Notes under the pieces: generated by a model
The model's database searches: none
Seen by the model: only the letters and a program-made list of their open reading frames with translations
What the model was told of the DNA's origin: nothing
Translations under genes and position numbers: made by a program
Assembly: GCA_963674945.2 (NCBI GenBank)
Contig: CAXXWQ010000004.1
Coordinates: 1,568,001-1,632,000, forward strand
DNA from: an uncultured Desulfosarcina sp.
GTDB lineage: Bacteria > Desulfobacterota > Desulfobacteria > Desulfobacterales > Desulfosarcinaceae
DNA length: 64,000 nucleotides
Reading direction: 5' to 3'
Shown here: positions 38,801 through 47,225 of the stretch, piece after piece
Layout: each line of letters begins with the position of its first letter
Position numbering within the stretch: the first letter of the stretch is position 1

Positions 38801-40635
38801 TGACGCGAGAGCCGATGGGTAGTGGCCAGGGTCAACGGGATGCCGCGCATGGTCTGACCGTGCAACAAGGCCACGGCATTTGCCGGCAGGTCCAGCTGGT
38901 TCCACAGGCTGTGGGCCATGTTCTCCACCACGGCCCAAATGGCCGAGGCCAAAATCCGATCCCGGGAAACGCCCTCCGCCTGCAGCCGGATGGCATTTTC
39001 CATTAAAAAAACGGCACAGGTGGCGTTGATGGACAATGCATCCGTCGCATCATAGGCCATTTCGGAGACGGTCGGCATGTCCGGGATATCAAACAGCGAT
39101 GCCAGTACATCCAGTAGACTCCCGGTGCCGGCGGAACATTTGATGTTCATGGCGTTGTCCAGCAGTTCGCCCCGTTCAAGATCGATGGTGGAAATCTTTG
39201 TATCCTCGCCCCCCACGTCCACCAGGATGCACCGCTTCTCGTTGACGGACGCCACGCCCTGGTCCTTGAGACGACGAATGTGCCTTCGCACATAATCGAT
39301 GGCGCCCCGGGCATGGGCATAGTTTTCCACGAGAACCGTCACCGCGCCTTCCAACTGCGGGTAAATGTGGACAAGCACCTTCTGGACCTGATACCGCGCG
39401 CTTCCCGTGATGCCGACCTTCTTTACCCGAAGGCGATCGATGCCCCGATTTCGGATCTCACGGAATATGGTCTTGATGGTTTCGATGGTATCGCCGGCGT
39501 TGCTCACGGCATATTTGAACAGTATGGGCTTCCCCGCTCCGACGGCAAGGACCACCTTGGCCATGGTGGAACCTACGTCCAGGCCCATGAAGACCGGATT
39601 GTCTCTTACAATCGCCATCCCCTCTCGAAACTCCGGTTCATCCTCGTGTCGATGGTAGAGACGGTCGCGTAACAGTCTTTTCTCCAGGGGCCGAAAAGAG
39701 GGAAGCGGTTCGGGGGACTTCGGGGTGTAGACACGGGAATCCACATGGATAAACCGTCCCCGTCCTATTTTTTTTTCCAGCTGCACCAGTCCCTGGATGG
39801 GCAGGCTGCCGTCGCTGTCGTGAATCACGTTGCGGACACCCAGATCGGACAACACATCCTGTGCGCAGTCCCGTGCAAATTGCCAGTTGAATACGCCACC
39901 CGTCAGCCATACGGTTTCAAAAGGCGTGGTGAATTTATTGCACGCCTTGACCACTTCGGATTTCAAGGTGACGGCCAGGGCAAAATCGATGGGGATTCCC
40001 TGGTTCTTGTCGGATATGGTGGCCGAAGAGGCGAAGACACCGCAGCGATCCGCCCGCACCTGGATCTCCCGGCGTCGGGCTTGCCCTTCCGAACCTAAAA
40101 ATCGTCCCAAAAGGGTGTCCACTTGGGACCGGGACAGGGCCAGTTTTTGTAACACCCGGTCGATATTGATCCCGCAGCCGGCCCCGCAACGGGCATTGGC
40201 CGCCAGCAGATCATCATGCAATCTTCCCGTATGGTTCACGCCCACGACCGTGTACCCCGAGGCGGATATTTCCAGAACGGCTACCGATCCATTGTCCACG
40301 AGTCGATCCGCCGCCACCCACAGTGCCGCCGCAGGAAGAATTTTCTCACCATGGCCCAGGCAACGTCGCACGGCGTCGGCAAGCTTTCCGGTCAGGTAGA
40401 CAGGCGTCGATAAATGCAAGTCCTTCATTCCCATCCGCACCAGTGCCTGTCCGACATCCTGGTTGCTGGGAAGAGTGCACGTTTGAAGGCCTCGCTCGTC
40501 GCTATTTTTGACGACGATGCGAAGGGAACGGATGCCCGCATCGATAAAAAGCGCATCGAAGCGATCTATATCAATAGAAACAGGATCGATGGATTCAAGT
40601 GATGCCGCATTTTCAAAACCAGTAGCGTCAATCAT
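35872..40635 (-). CDS. Fused acyl-CoA dehydratase activase (two ASKHA modules) plus two reductase/dehydratase-like modules, PlsA/Ger-like architecture
   Basis: NARCGAGCG/RCGVF; GLDVGSTMAK, DVGGEDTK, NIKCSAGTG, ATCAVF; DTCAP, FLCGPDS, GVCAP, GPCRQGQY, PEGCM. Confidence 0.82.
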   Translation of the reverse strand: MIDATGFENAASLESIDPVSIDIDRFDALFIDAGIRSLRIVVKNSDERGLQTCTLPSNQDVGQALVRMGMKDLHLSTPVYLTGKLADAVRRCLGHGEKILPAAALWVAADRLVDNGSVAVLEISASGYTVVGVNHTGRLHDDLLAANARCGAGCGINIDRVLQKLALSRSQVDTLLGRFLGSEGQARRREIQVRADRCGVFASSATISDKNQGIPIDFALAVTLKSEVVKACNKFTTPFETVWLTGGVFNWQFARDCAQDVLSDLGVRNVIHDSDGSLPIQGLVQLEKKIGRGRFIHVDSRVYTPKSPEPLPSFRPLEKRLLRDRLYHRHEDEPEFREGMAIVRDNPVFMGLDVGSTMAKVVLAVGAGKPILFKYAVSNAGDTIETIKTIFREIRNRGIDRLRVKKVGITGSARYQVQKVLVHIYPQLEGAVTVLVENYAHARGAIDYVRRHIRRLKDQGVASVNEKRCILVDVGGEDTKISTIDLERGELLDNAMNIKCSAGTGSLLDVLASLFDIPDMPTVSEMAYDATDALSINATCAVFLMENAIRLQAEGVSRDRILASAIWAVVENMAHSLWNQLDLPANAVALLHGQTMRGIPLTLATTHRLSRHVGGPVYGLVPPDPGHRACIGLINSMDTGCAMEATIPLEELIEHRFRKRIIQCRGIACGDPNARCNRSFLTSEKGQNKAVSVTLGGCSAVNERHGKKQRKRDAGNQDAYRRIWQIADGKMPRSEDPDRLVIPRSFCVSDWAFFFSRLFVPFGIPVHVDNVISVDISSAQSCMQVDTCAPHMGAVGQMIRLAGSSHGMILAPQIEFLPGRGDSLGRSCTINQGGMAVARGLANTKYPESRIHLFHLSLANMPVDEIAQQVYHRLTPVYAHYGVDLSFGSFRKLVNHAWRENAKMKRHVADQAAQIAEEAMAEGRSLALVIGREYVLHPGIYDSHVGRLLRDKHLTGIPSYILDITLNPDFDHLYWRNSHVIATLTDAVARKRLHQIVLHPGFQRLFHRVETANGQDLAMVQVSTFLCGPDSVTNPLVDELVKNRPFLRIQSDAVIQELAHLENRMNTYIKQLEQGLHKGEEGPSSGGFNMKILDIFSNREPIHPTTDAIYMPTLSDNRYVTSVIRGAGYTCIDNYNKNHDLSEAVKLGRSVVGDGVCAPLAAVYGDILNAIKDFQKRKKEGDPLVRDCKRLLIFNNKGMGPCRQGQYVETHKLHLHRDALFSTHDAACGQADGLVMNFLVGHENKGFAIDIPEWAYLRGIQGIILQGVMHQLLISGASQCSDFDEYQRFTGAFDRLVERIHGIQEHRPRPSKRILSLLQRYNSGSPLGWGLKFFAYRLYGRDLTRPIRRFANVWNRRPPEKGCMCIHIDGEVYMRVAQLEKVLKLLIGTLGFRQFHLTHSPLWGFLEYKLAGSIMRAKEHIREGRIQVRRAHSEAYREDRQTFVNKKKRQLMRFLAVNAFQRYILAYPLYHAARLAMPEPVIRVLDAAVPIIPTQRPGGELVPYIGEAATKLDKGYDLFLNIAPEGCMVSSMGEVLSPAILRASKKGKGIIRPLFSQQGDVDPDMLSLALLKSIGPYRLYGTSNQDK

Positions 40636-40756
40636 GGCAGTGTTACACCGAAGTGATAATGGAACCAGGAAATCTGTTTGTCATTCAAGCCGGATAACTC
40701 GATCCCGAAATTCGGAAGTGCCGAATCCGCATTGGCGGATACTTCGGAGAAAGTTA

Positions 40757-41776
40757 TCAATCGTATTCCGAGGCCACATAAGTGTAGGGAATTTGAACAT
40801 ATTCAAAAAAACGGGCTGCATATCCACCGATCTTGGTTTTGCCGACCCTTGTATTGGAAAAGAGAAGTTCGGAAAGATTGATGCCAATGGCCACATAGGG
40901 CTCCCTGCGCAATGGTTCCCCACGTCCTTCCTCTTTTTCGGTAAATCCCCTGGCAAAATACCCCCCCTGCAATTCGAAAAACCGCAGCGGCGTATTCTGA
41001 CAGAGATCGAATCCGGACAATTTGAAGGCCAGAACGTATTTCTGACCGGAGTAATCGGTAAAAGGGTGAAAACCATCCTTGTCCCCGGAAGGGATGTACT
41101 CGAGCCGATAATCGATCTTCTCTCGAAATCCGGGAATAATGTTTCTTACTATGGAAAAGATTGAACCGAAACTGTTGAAAATCAAGTCTTCGTAGGCAAA
41201 TCCATGGTCCGACGAAAACCCGTCTAAAATCTCCACCCCCAACATGATCCCCCACGCCGTCATGGCGGCGTTGTACGGTGCGCTTGGCGAGGCGCCGCTT
41301 TTCTTCATGAAATGGTTGAAATAATCCGAAATCAGATAGGTGGAGTAGGCATGACCCAATTTGTCCATTCCCAAACTGCCGGTGTCGTATCCAAAAAAAC
41401 CTTCGCTGTTGAAGCGAAAACCGCTGTCCCCCCAATCCCAGCTGGCAACGCCGACGATGCAGATACCGGTCGCCAGCACGGCGGTTGGCCAGGGAACGGT
41501 GGCCAGATCCGGGATGAATGTTCCAGGTTCGTATGAAGGGATCGACAAGGCCGCCCCCTTCGTGGGCACGGAACCTTCCGAAGTGCCATCGGCGGAGGCC
41601 CCAAAGCCATCAGGAGAAACGGCAAATACGTCACCGAATCCGGTGATCGGCTCGAAAGCGATCCGAAGAGGCGACTCCCATCGGCTTGGGGAAAAGGATT
41701 GGGCCGCCTCGATATCGGTCGTATGGAAAAGAGCGACGATCAATGCGATAAAAAGAAACGAAAAATTTTTCGCCAT
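40757..41776 (-). CDS. Exported DUF2279/YfiM-like protein
   Basis: Signal peptide; GMDKLGHAYSTY, EILDGFS...EDLIFN motifs. Confidence 0.7.
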   Translation of the reverse strand: MAKNFSFLFIALIVALFHTTDIEAAQSFSPSRWESPLRIAFEPITGFGDVFAVSPDGFGASADGTSEGSVPTKGAALSIPSYEPGTFIPDLATVPWPTAVLATGICIVGVASWDWGDSGFRFNSEGFFGYDTGSLGMDKLGHAYSTYLISDYFNHFMKKSGASPSAPYNAAMTAWGIMLGVEILDGFSSDHGFAYEDLIFNSFGSIFSIVRNIIPGFREKIDYRLEYIPSGDKDGFHPFTDYSGQKYVLAFKLSGFDLCQNTPLRFFELQGGYFARGFTEKEEGRGEPLRREPYVAIGINLSELLFSNTRVGKTKIGGYAARFFEYVQIPYTYVASEYD

Positions 41777-41873
41777 CACAACATTTCTGTATAAGCGGTG
41801 TGGAACATGAACGCCATTGGCCATGGGGGTGAACACATGGGGCCGTGCAATGTCCTTTGTAGACAGACCTGGC

Positions 41874-42518
41874 TTAAAAATCAAGGCGGATACCTGCCGC
41901 AAGGAAATTGGACCCGGTCTTCTGGGGACTGATCAGGCCGTATATACCGCTTCTGTGGTGTACACGGGCGATGAGGTGGAGGCGATCGTAGGGCGGATAG
42001 AAAAGATCCCATTCGATCACGATATGACTTTGGAAATGCTCGGAATCCTCACCGGGGATACCGTCCGGACCTTTCTCCAGCGCTGGTTCTTCGAGAGCAT
42101 AAGAGAATCCAAAGCCGCCGGCAAACGTCCAGCCCAGGAAATCAAGGGGTGTGAATTGCCGGGTGCGAATGACAAACGCCGAGGCCACCTCCCAGTGGGA
42201 TTGGATGTTGTAGTGTTTTAGAACTGAGCCCTCCAGTTCCAAATCCCACCCCTTGAACCGTATTTGGGTAAACGGAACCGGAATGGTAAACCCATCCACC
42301 AGGGTCCGACCATAGGTGAGGCCAACGTAATAACTCTCCTTGAAATCGAGACTTCCGGTGAGCAGTTTTCCCGGAAGATCGGGAAGATCGGTCTCTGCCC
42401 ACACGCCGTGGGTAATTGTCAGGTGGTTCAGGTGATCACCTGAAAAAGCCGGGCTCAATCCTCCCCAGACTGCAACATGAACGACAACGACGATGAATAG
42501 CAAGATGAATTGTCGCAT
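41874..42518 (-). CDS. Outer-membrane beta-barrel, PagL/acyloxyacyl hydrolase-like
   Basis: Signal peptide, alternating beta strands, RVHHRSG...GSN motif, C-terminal Phe. Confidence 0.65.
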   Translation of the reverse strand: MRQFILLFIVVVVHVAVWGGLSPAFSGDHLNHLTITHGVWAETDLPDLPGKLLTGSLDFKESYYVGLTYGRTLVDGFTIPVPFTQIRFKGWDLELEGSVLKHYNIQSHWEVASAFVIRTRQFTPLDFLGWTFAGGFGFSYALEEPALEKGPDGIPGEDSEHFQSHIVIEWDLFYPPYDRLHLIARVHHRSGIYGLISPQKTGSNFLAAGIRLDF

Positions 42519-42672
42519 CAGGATTTCCCGTTTCCTCCCGTGGCATAGTACATCATTGGGTGTCGGTTCACGCGATGTTTGCGTTTGTATTTGATCAGGC
42601 GCGGTTCCATCAGGGCGCCCTGCCGGCATAATCTCATGCGAACCTCACTTCCCGGCAAGAAGTGCCGGCACG

Positions 42673-45552
42673 TCATCTGTCTTCAAGCTGCGTACATCGT
42701 TTCTCCAATTCACGATTCACCGATACGCGATCCGTTACCATCCGATGTTCGCCCGATGTTTCGTCGATGGTAATCTTCAATTGCTCCAAATTACGGGATT
42801 GACGCAGGCGGACAAATCGCTTCTCGCGCGTCTTCAGTGGCAGTGCGTTGTTCATTTCCCGTTTGTAGGCACCAAACCGGGTGATGGAGAGTTGTCCGTC
42901 TCGGCGGCGAAAGGCGCCAAGCGCCCTTTCGCATTGTATCAAATCAGCGTGATGGGCAAATTCTCGCCACAAATTCCAGTCTCCTGCCAATGTAAATCCC
43001 TCTAAGGCATGTCGTCCCCGAAACCACAGTCGCTTTTTGAAAAACATGCCCTCTTGCTGGAGCATGGGCCAATGGTGGCCGTCGCACAATCCCTGGCGAA
43101 CGATGGTGGTGGCAGTCGGAACGAGATTTTCCAAAATCTTCTTATCCGTTTCGATCACGAACTGGGGGCCGCCGACCCATTGGACACGGGGAAATCGGGC
43201 ACCAATTTCGGAGAGCATGGCAAGAGCCCCCGGAAGCAACACGTCGTCCGCGTTGATCCATGTCATGAAAGCCTCGGGGGGGGCGGACATGGTATCGAAT
43301 CCCATGGTAACGGCATCGTACATTCCCCGATCCATGAGGCTGGACCAGGAAAACGAAACGCCCCGGCAAAAAACCGGCGCCCCCCCTTTTTCAATGGCGT
43401 CTGCCATCTTTTTTACCTGTTCCACCGTACCATCGACGGAACCGCCGTCTTGCACATGATAATGGATGAAAAAGTCCCCCCGTTGCCGAATCACGCTTGC
43501 CATGGTCTGCGCGATGGTTTTTGCCGCGTTCAGGCTGGGTGTGACGACGAAAAAAGTCTGTGCCAATTCCCATGGAAGACGGGAATCGTATCGGATCCCC
43601 GGTCTTCTGGAATGAACGACGGACACGGGATCCGTCACGGTTTTCAGGCCATCTTGCACAGGGGATGAAATGATCCTCTCCCCATCTACTTCATCTACGG
43701 GAAGGATCGGCCATCGTTTAAAGCATTTGTGATAGAATTCCCGGGCCAGGGAAGTTACCGGCCGCTCTACCAGGGCCAATTCCCCCGTAGGAAAATCACA
43801 TTTCAAGACACGGATGGTCAGAGTTTGTTTCTCGACCACATTCTGCAAGGCCATATCTCTTTCGGTGGTGCAGACGACGGATTCGATCTCCTCCTTATAG
43901 TCATCCACCCGGCGTTGGGAGAGTTGTCCTTCCCGCATTCGGAAAGCCGCCAGCGGCCACTCGATCGTCGCCAAATCGGTGTGAGCGGCAAAAAGACGCC
44001 AAAGGTTCCAGTCGCCGGCAAGGGAGAAGTTTCTGATCGCATTCCCGGCTCGCACCTTTTGCCAGAGCCATCCGCGGAAAAACGTGCCCTCCTGCTGCAG
44101 GTACCACCAATGGGTACCGTCGCATAGGCCCGATTTTACAGCATCGGTCGGGATGTTGCACGGATCCTGTAGGATATGTCGATCTTCTTTTAATATACTC
44201 ACTTTGCCGGAAACCCATGAAACATGCTCGGGAGGAAAAACGGCAGTGACATACCGAATCAGTTCGAAGGCACCCGGCATGAGAATGTCGTCTGCATTGA
44301 GCCAGGTCATGAATGCGTTGGGCGGTATGGACATGGTCTCGAATCCCTTGGCAACAGCGTCGTACATGCCCCGGTCCGGTTCTGAAGAGAAAGTAAAGAG
44401 GACGTTTTCACACTGGATGGGAAACGATCCATCTTCGATCCGGTGCTTCCACTCTGCCAGCTTTTCCATGGTTCCGTCGGTAGAACCGCCGTCTTGCACG
44501 TGGTATCGGATGGAGAAGGAACCAGCCTGTCCGATGATGCTCTGGATCGCCTGATCGATGGTTTTTACCGCGTTGAAACATGGCGTCACCAAATAAATCA
44601 CCGAAACGATATTGACGAAGTAAAAGTCGCTTTTTTTGGGTATGCGGTTTGCGCCGATACACGATCTGCATACCTCGCGTCCGATTTGCGTATACCGTTC
44701 GACCACCTTGTGAAACGGCGTGGATGAATCGTGCTGTCCCTCACTTTCCACGAATGCCATCAACTCTCGGTTGAGGCTTTCGGACAAGGTTTTTGCATCC
44801 AGTTCCGGGCAATGGTTCTCATAGACCACGCGCGACGCACCCTCCCACAGGGCATGGGAAATAAACCACGACTTTTCGGTCCGCTCCGCCTGGATGAGAT
44901 GGTCTACCGCGATGCCGGGGATGTACATGGCATCGAATCCGTATGTCTGAATGGCGATATTGGTGGCCAGTTCTTCATGGGCGAACAAGAGGTCGCCTTT
45001 TCTGCCCAAGGATGTGTTGAATCCCCCGCATTTTCGAAGTGCGGCCATGCGATAGGCGGTATTTGCGCTCACGAGCCATTTATGGAAGTTATCGACGAAA
45101 ATTTCCTCTTCTCCCCAATCAAAAACGGCGAGGGCGTGAAGAAGATGGGTTTTGCGTATCCACTCTGCAGGCGTCTTCTCCCAGATGGGATTGACTTTTC
45201 CCCCGATCACTCCGGCGGCCGGGTACCGGGAAAAGGCATCCAGGATCTTTTCAGCCCAATTCGGCGCGGCGATGGCATCATCGTCGATGTAAGCGAGGAT
45301 ATCGGTGTGACATCTTTCCATGGCGACATTGCGGGCATAGGCAACCCCGGACGCATCGGTGATGACATAGTCCAGGTTCTTTATTCCGGTCAACGCGTCG
45401 CGAAAGGAGATGGACTCATCATTTGACAGGGAATTGTCCACCACGACGATGGTCAGTTCGTCCTGTGAGACGGTTTGTCGCTTAAGCGATTCAAGGCATT
45501 TTTTCAGCAGATTGAATCGGCGATATGTGCAGATGGCAATTGTAAGGGGCAT
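42673..45552 (-). CDS. Multi-domain glycosyltransferase with three GT2 (GT-A) domains
   Basis: IAICTY...YIDDD; LVTPCFN...QDGGSTDGT...WLNADD; VVTPSLN...QDGGSVDGT...WINADD. Confidence 0.9.
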   Translation of the reverse strand: MPLTIAICTYRRFNLLKKCLESLKRQTVSQDELTIVVVDNSLSNDESISFRDALTGIKNLDYVITDASGVAYARNVAMERCHTDILAYIDDDAIAAPNWAEKILDAFSRYPAAGVIGGKVNPIWEKTPAEWIRKTHLLHALAVFDWGEEEIFVDNFHKWLVSANTAYRMAALRKCGGFNTSLGRKGDLLFAHEELATNIAIQTYGFDAMYIPGIAVDHLIQAERTEKSWFISHALWEGASRVVYENHCPELDAKTLSESLNRELMAFVESEGQHDSSTPFHKVVERYTQIGREVCRSCIGANRIPKKSDFYFVNIVSVIYLVTPCFNAVKTIDQAIQSIIGQAGSFSIRYHVQDGGSTDGTMEKLAEWKHRIEDGSFPIQCENVLFTFSSEPDRGMYDAVAKGFETMSIPPNAFMTWLNADDILMPGAFELIRYVTAVFPPEHVSWVSGKVSILKEDRHILQDPCNIPTDAVKSGLCDGTHWWYLQQEGTFFRGWLWQKVRAGNAIRNFSLAGDWNLWRLFAAHTDLATIEWPLAAFRMREGQLSQRRVDDYKEEIESVVCTTERDMALQNVVEKQTLTIRVLKCDFPTGELALVERPVTSLAREFYHKCFKRWPILPVDEVDGERIISSPVQDGLKTVTDPVSVVHSRRPGIRYDSRLPWELAQTFFVVTPSLNAAKTIAQTMASVIRQRGDFFIHYHVQDGGSVDGTVEQVKKMADAIEKGGAPVFCRGVSFSWSSLMDRGMYDAVTMGFDTMSAPPEAFMTWINADDVLLPGALAMLSEIGARFPRVQWVGGPQFVIETDKKILENLVPTATTIVRQGLCDGHHWPMLQQEGMFFKKRLWFRGRHALEGFTLAGDWNLWREFAHHADLIQCERALGAFRRRDGQLSITRFGAYKREMNNALPLKTREKRFVRLRQSRNLEQLKITIDETSGEHRMVTDRVSVNRELEKRCTQLEDR

Positions 45553-45632
45553 TTTCTATGTCCAAACCCACCGATTGCCCGTCCATGAAATGGCACGTTT
45601 GCCCCATATCCGTACAGGCAATGACGAATGGT

Positions 45633-47225
45633 TCATAACGATTGCGGACCGGACCATTTCCGCTGGAAGGCTTCGATTTCCATTTTCGTAAACATTCTTT
45701 CGACAATTGGAGATGAATAGACCTCTTGCAGAAACCCACTGTCGAAACCGATTCGAGGCGTTCCCTCCACTTTGAATGTGCTGCACCGGGCCATTGACAC
45801 CCGGCCAGCATTCTCTATTCCCAAAAACGTACGTAACATGGGCGAAAGGATCCGGGGCAGATCATGGAACCGGTAAAGAAGTACCTGGACCCGTCCCCGG
45901 CCGAAAGTACGGTATCCATCGCCAAGATCCAGTGGACCGATAAACGAATCTTCTCCACTGGCTTTTCGCAACCGGTCAAACAATCTGTCAAAAAAGCCGT
46001 CGAACTTCGACAGCCACTTTCGAATACGCGCTTTCATTCTCCCCGCATCGGCTTCATCGGAAAGAGGCCATGTATCATGGATACAAAGGGCGCTTTCCAA
46101 AGGATCTCGGAGGCCGATGATGATTTTCCAGCAAAGTGGGATATCAGGAGAAAGGAGCAACCGTTCAAGGGCACACGCTACCGCATCACGGGAGTTTTCC
46201 TCATGTTCTGGCGCTTGGAGGTCGAAAAAATATCGACAGACCGGAAAGACTTGGCGTTGCACCTGGTCCAGGATTTGGCGAATACAACGCCCCCCTGCGC
46301 CACCAGGATCCACGATGGGAATCACCCAGTCTCCCCTCGTTGCCATCCGATCATGTTCCACGAATGCACAACGGGTTTCTGCACATTTCTCGACACTTGC
46401 GGGAAGAAAAAAGAGTTCCTTTTCTTCGATAAGTGTCTTCGCCATGTCCCGATCCAGTGCTTCCTTCACCGTCCATTCCCGGCGAATCTGGTAACCGATA
46501 TCCCGTGCCAAACGAAATTGGTATTTCTCCTCTACCGGCAGATGTTCGGCGAGTCGATCCACGAACGAAAAATTGTTCGGATCCCAATAACTCGGCCGCA
46601 ACTGCTTTTGACCGGTCTGGGTTTCCAGAGAGTGGTTGAAAACACCCAGGACGGTATCGATCTTTGTAATGGGAAAGCGAAGTGCAGCCTCCATGAGGAA
46701 CTCGAGATCGTGTTTGTCACCTGTTTTCTCGTTAAGTGGAACCGCCTCCTGAACTTCTCTCAAGTAAAAATATCCGACGGGATTGACACAAAAAGCGTCG
46801 GGTTCCCAATGCCGCAAGATGGCATCAAATCGGGTCTTGGGATCGCAGATCCACTCACGGATGCCCTCCGGCTTTTCGGATCGCACCCGAACCTTTCCCA
46901 TGACAATCTTTGCCCCCTTTTGAAAGCGGGAGACCACGGATGAAAATGCACCATCCACGTAATAATCGTCGGCATTCAAATAGCCGACGATCTGACCGGT
47001 GGCCATGGCGAATCCTTTGTTCATTGCGTGCACCTGTCCCCTGTCCGTTTCCGATACCCATCTAAGGTGGGGATAGGCCTTGAGAATGTCCAGTGCACCG
47101 TCCGTGGAGCCGCCATCCACGATGATGTGTTCGAAATCCGGATAACCTTGGGCCGTAACACTTAAAATCGCCGTTTCGATGGTGGCCTTGCAGTTAAATG
47201 ACGGCGTGATGACGGAAATTTTCAA
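45633..47225 (-). CDS. GT2 glycosyltransferase with C-terminal capsular-synthesis (NKWYS/sulfotransferase-like) domain
   Basis: ISVITPSFN, VDGGSTDG, YLNADD; C-terminal IIIGLRDP...FTKMEIEAFQRKWS; TTG start overlapping the upstream TGA. Confidence 0.8.
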   Translation of the reverse strand: MKISVITPSFNCKATIETAILSVTAQGYPDFEHIIVDGGSTDGALDILKAYPHLRWVSETDRGQVHAMNKGFAMATGQIVGYLNADDYYVDGAFSSVVSRFQKGAKIVMGKVRVRSEKPEGIREWICDPKTRFDAILRHWEPDAFCVNPVGYFYLREVQEAVPLNEKTGDKHDLEFLMEAALRFPITKIDTVLGVFNHSLETQTGQKQLRPSYWDPNNFSFVDRLAEHLPVEEKYQFRLARDIGYQIRREWTVKEALDRDMAKTLIEEKELFFLPASVEKCAETRCAFVEHDRMATRGDWVIPIVDPGGAGGRCIRQILDQVQRQVFPVCRYFFDLQAPEHEENSRDAVACALERLLLSPDIPLCWKIIIGLRDPLESALCIHDTWPLSDEADAGRMKARIRKWLSKFDGFFDRLFDRLRKASGEDSFIGPLDLGDGYRTFGRGRVQVLLYRFHDLPRILSPMLRTFLGIENAGRVSMARCSTFKVEGTPRIGFDSGFLQEVYSSPIVERMFTKMEIEAFQRKWSGPQSL

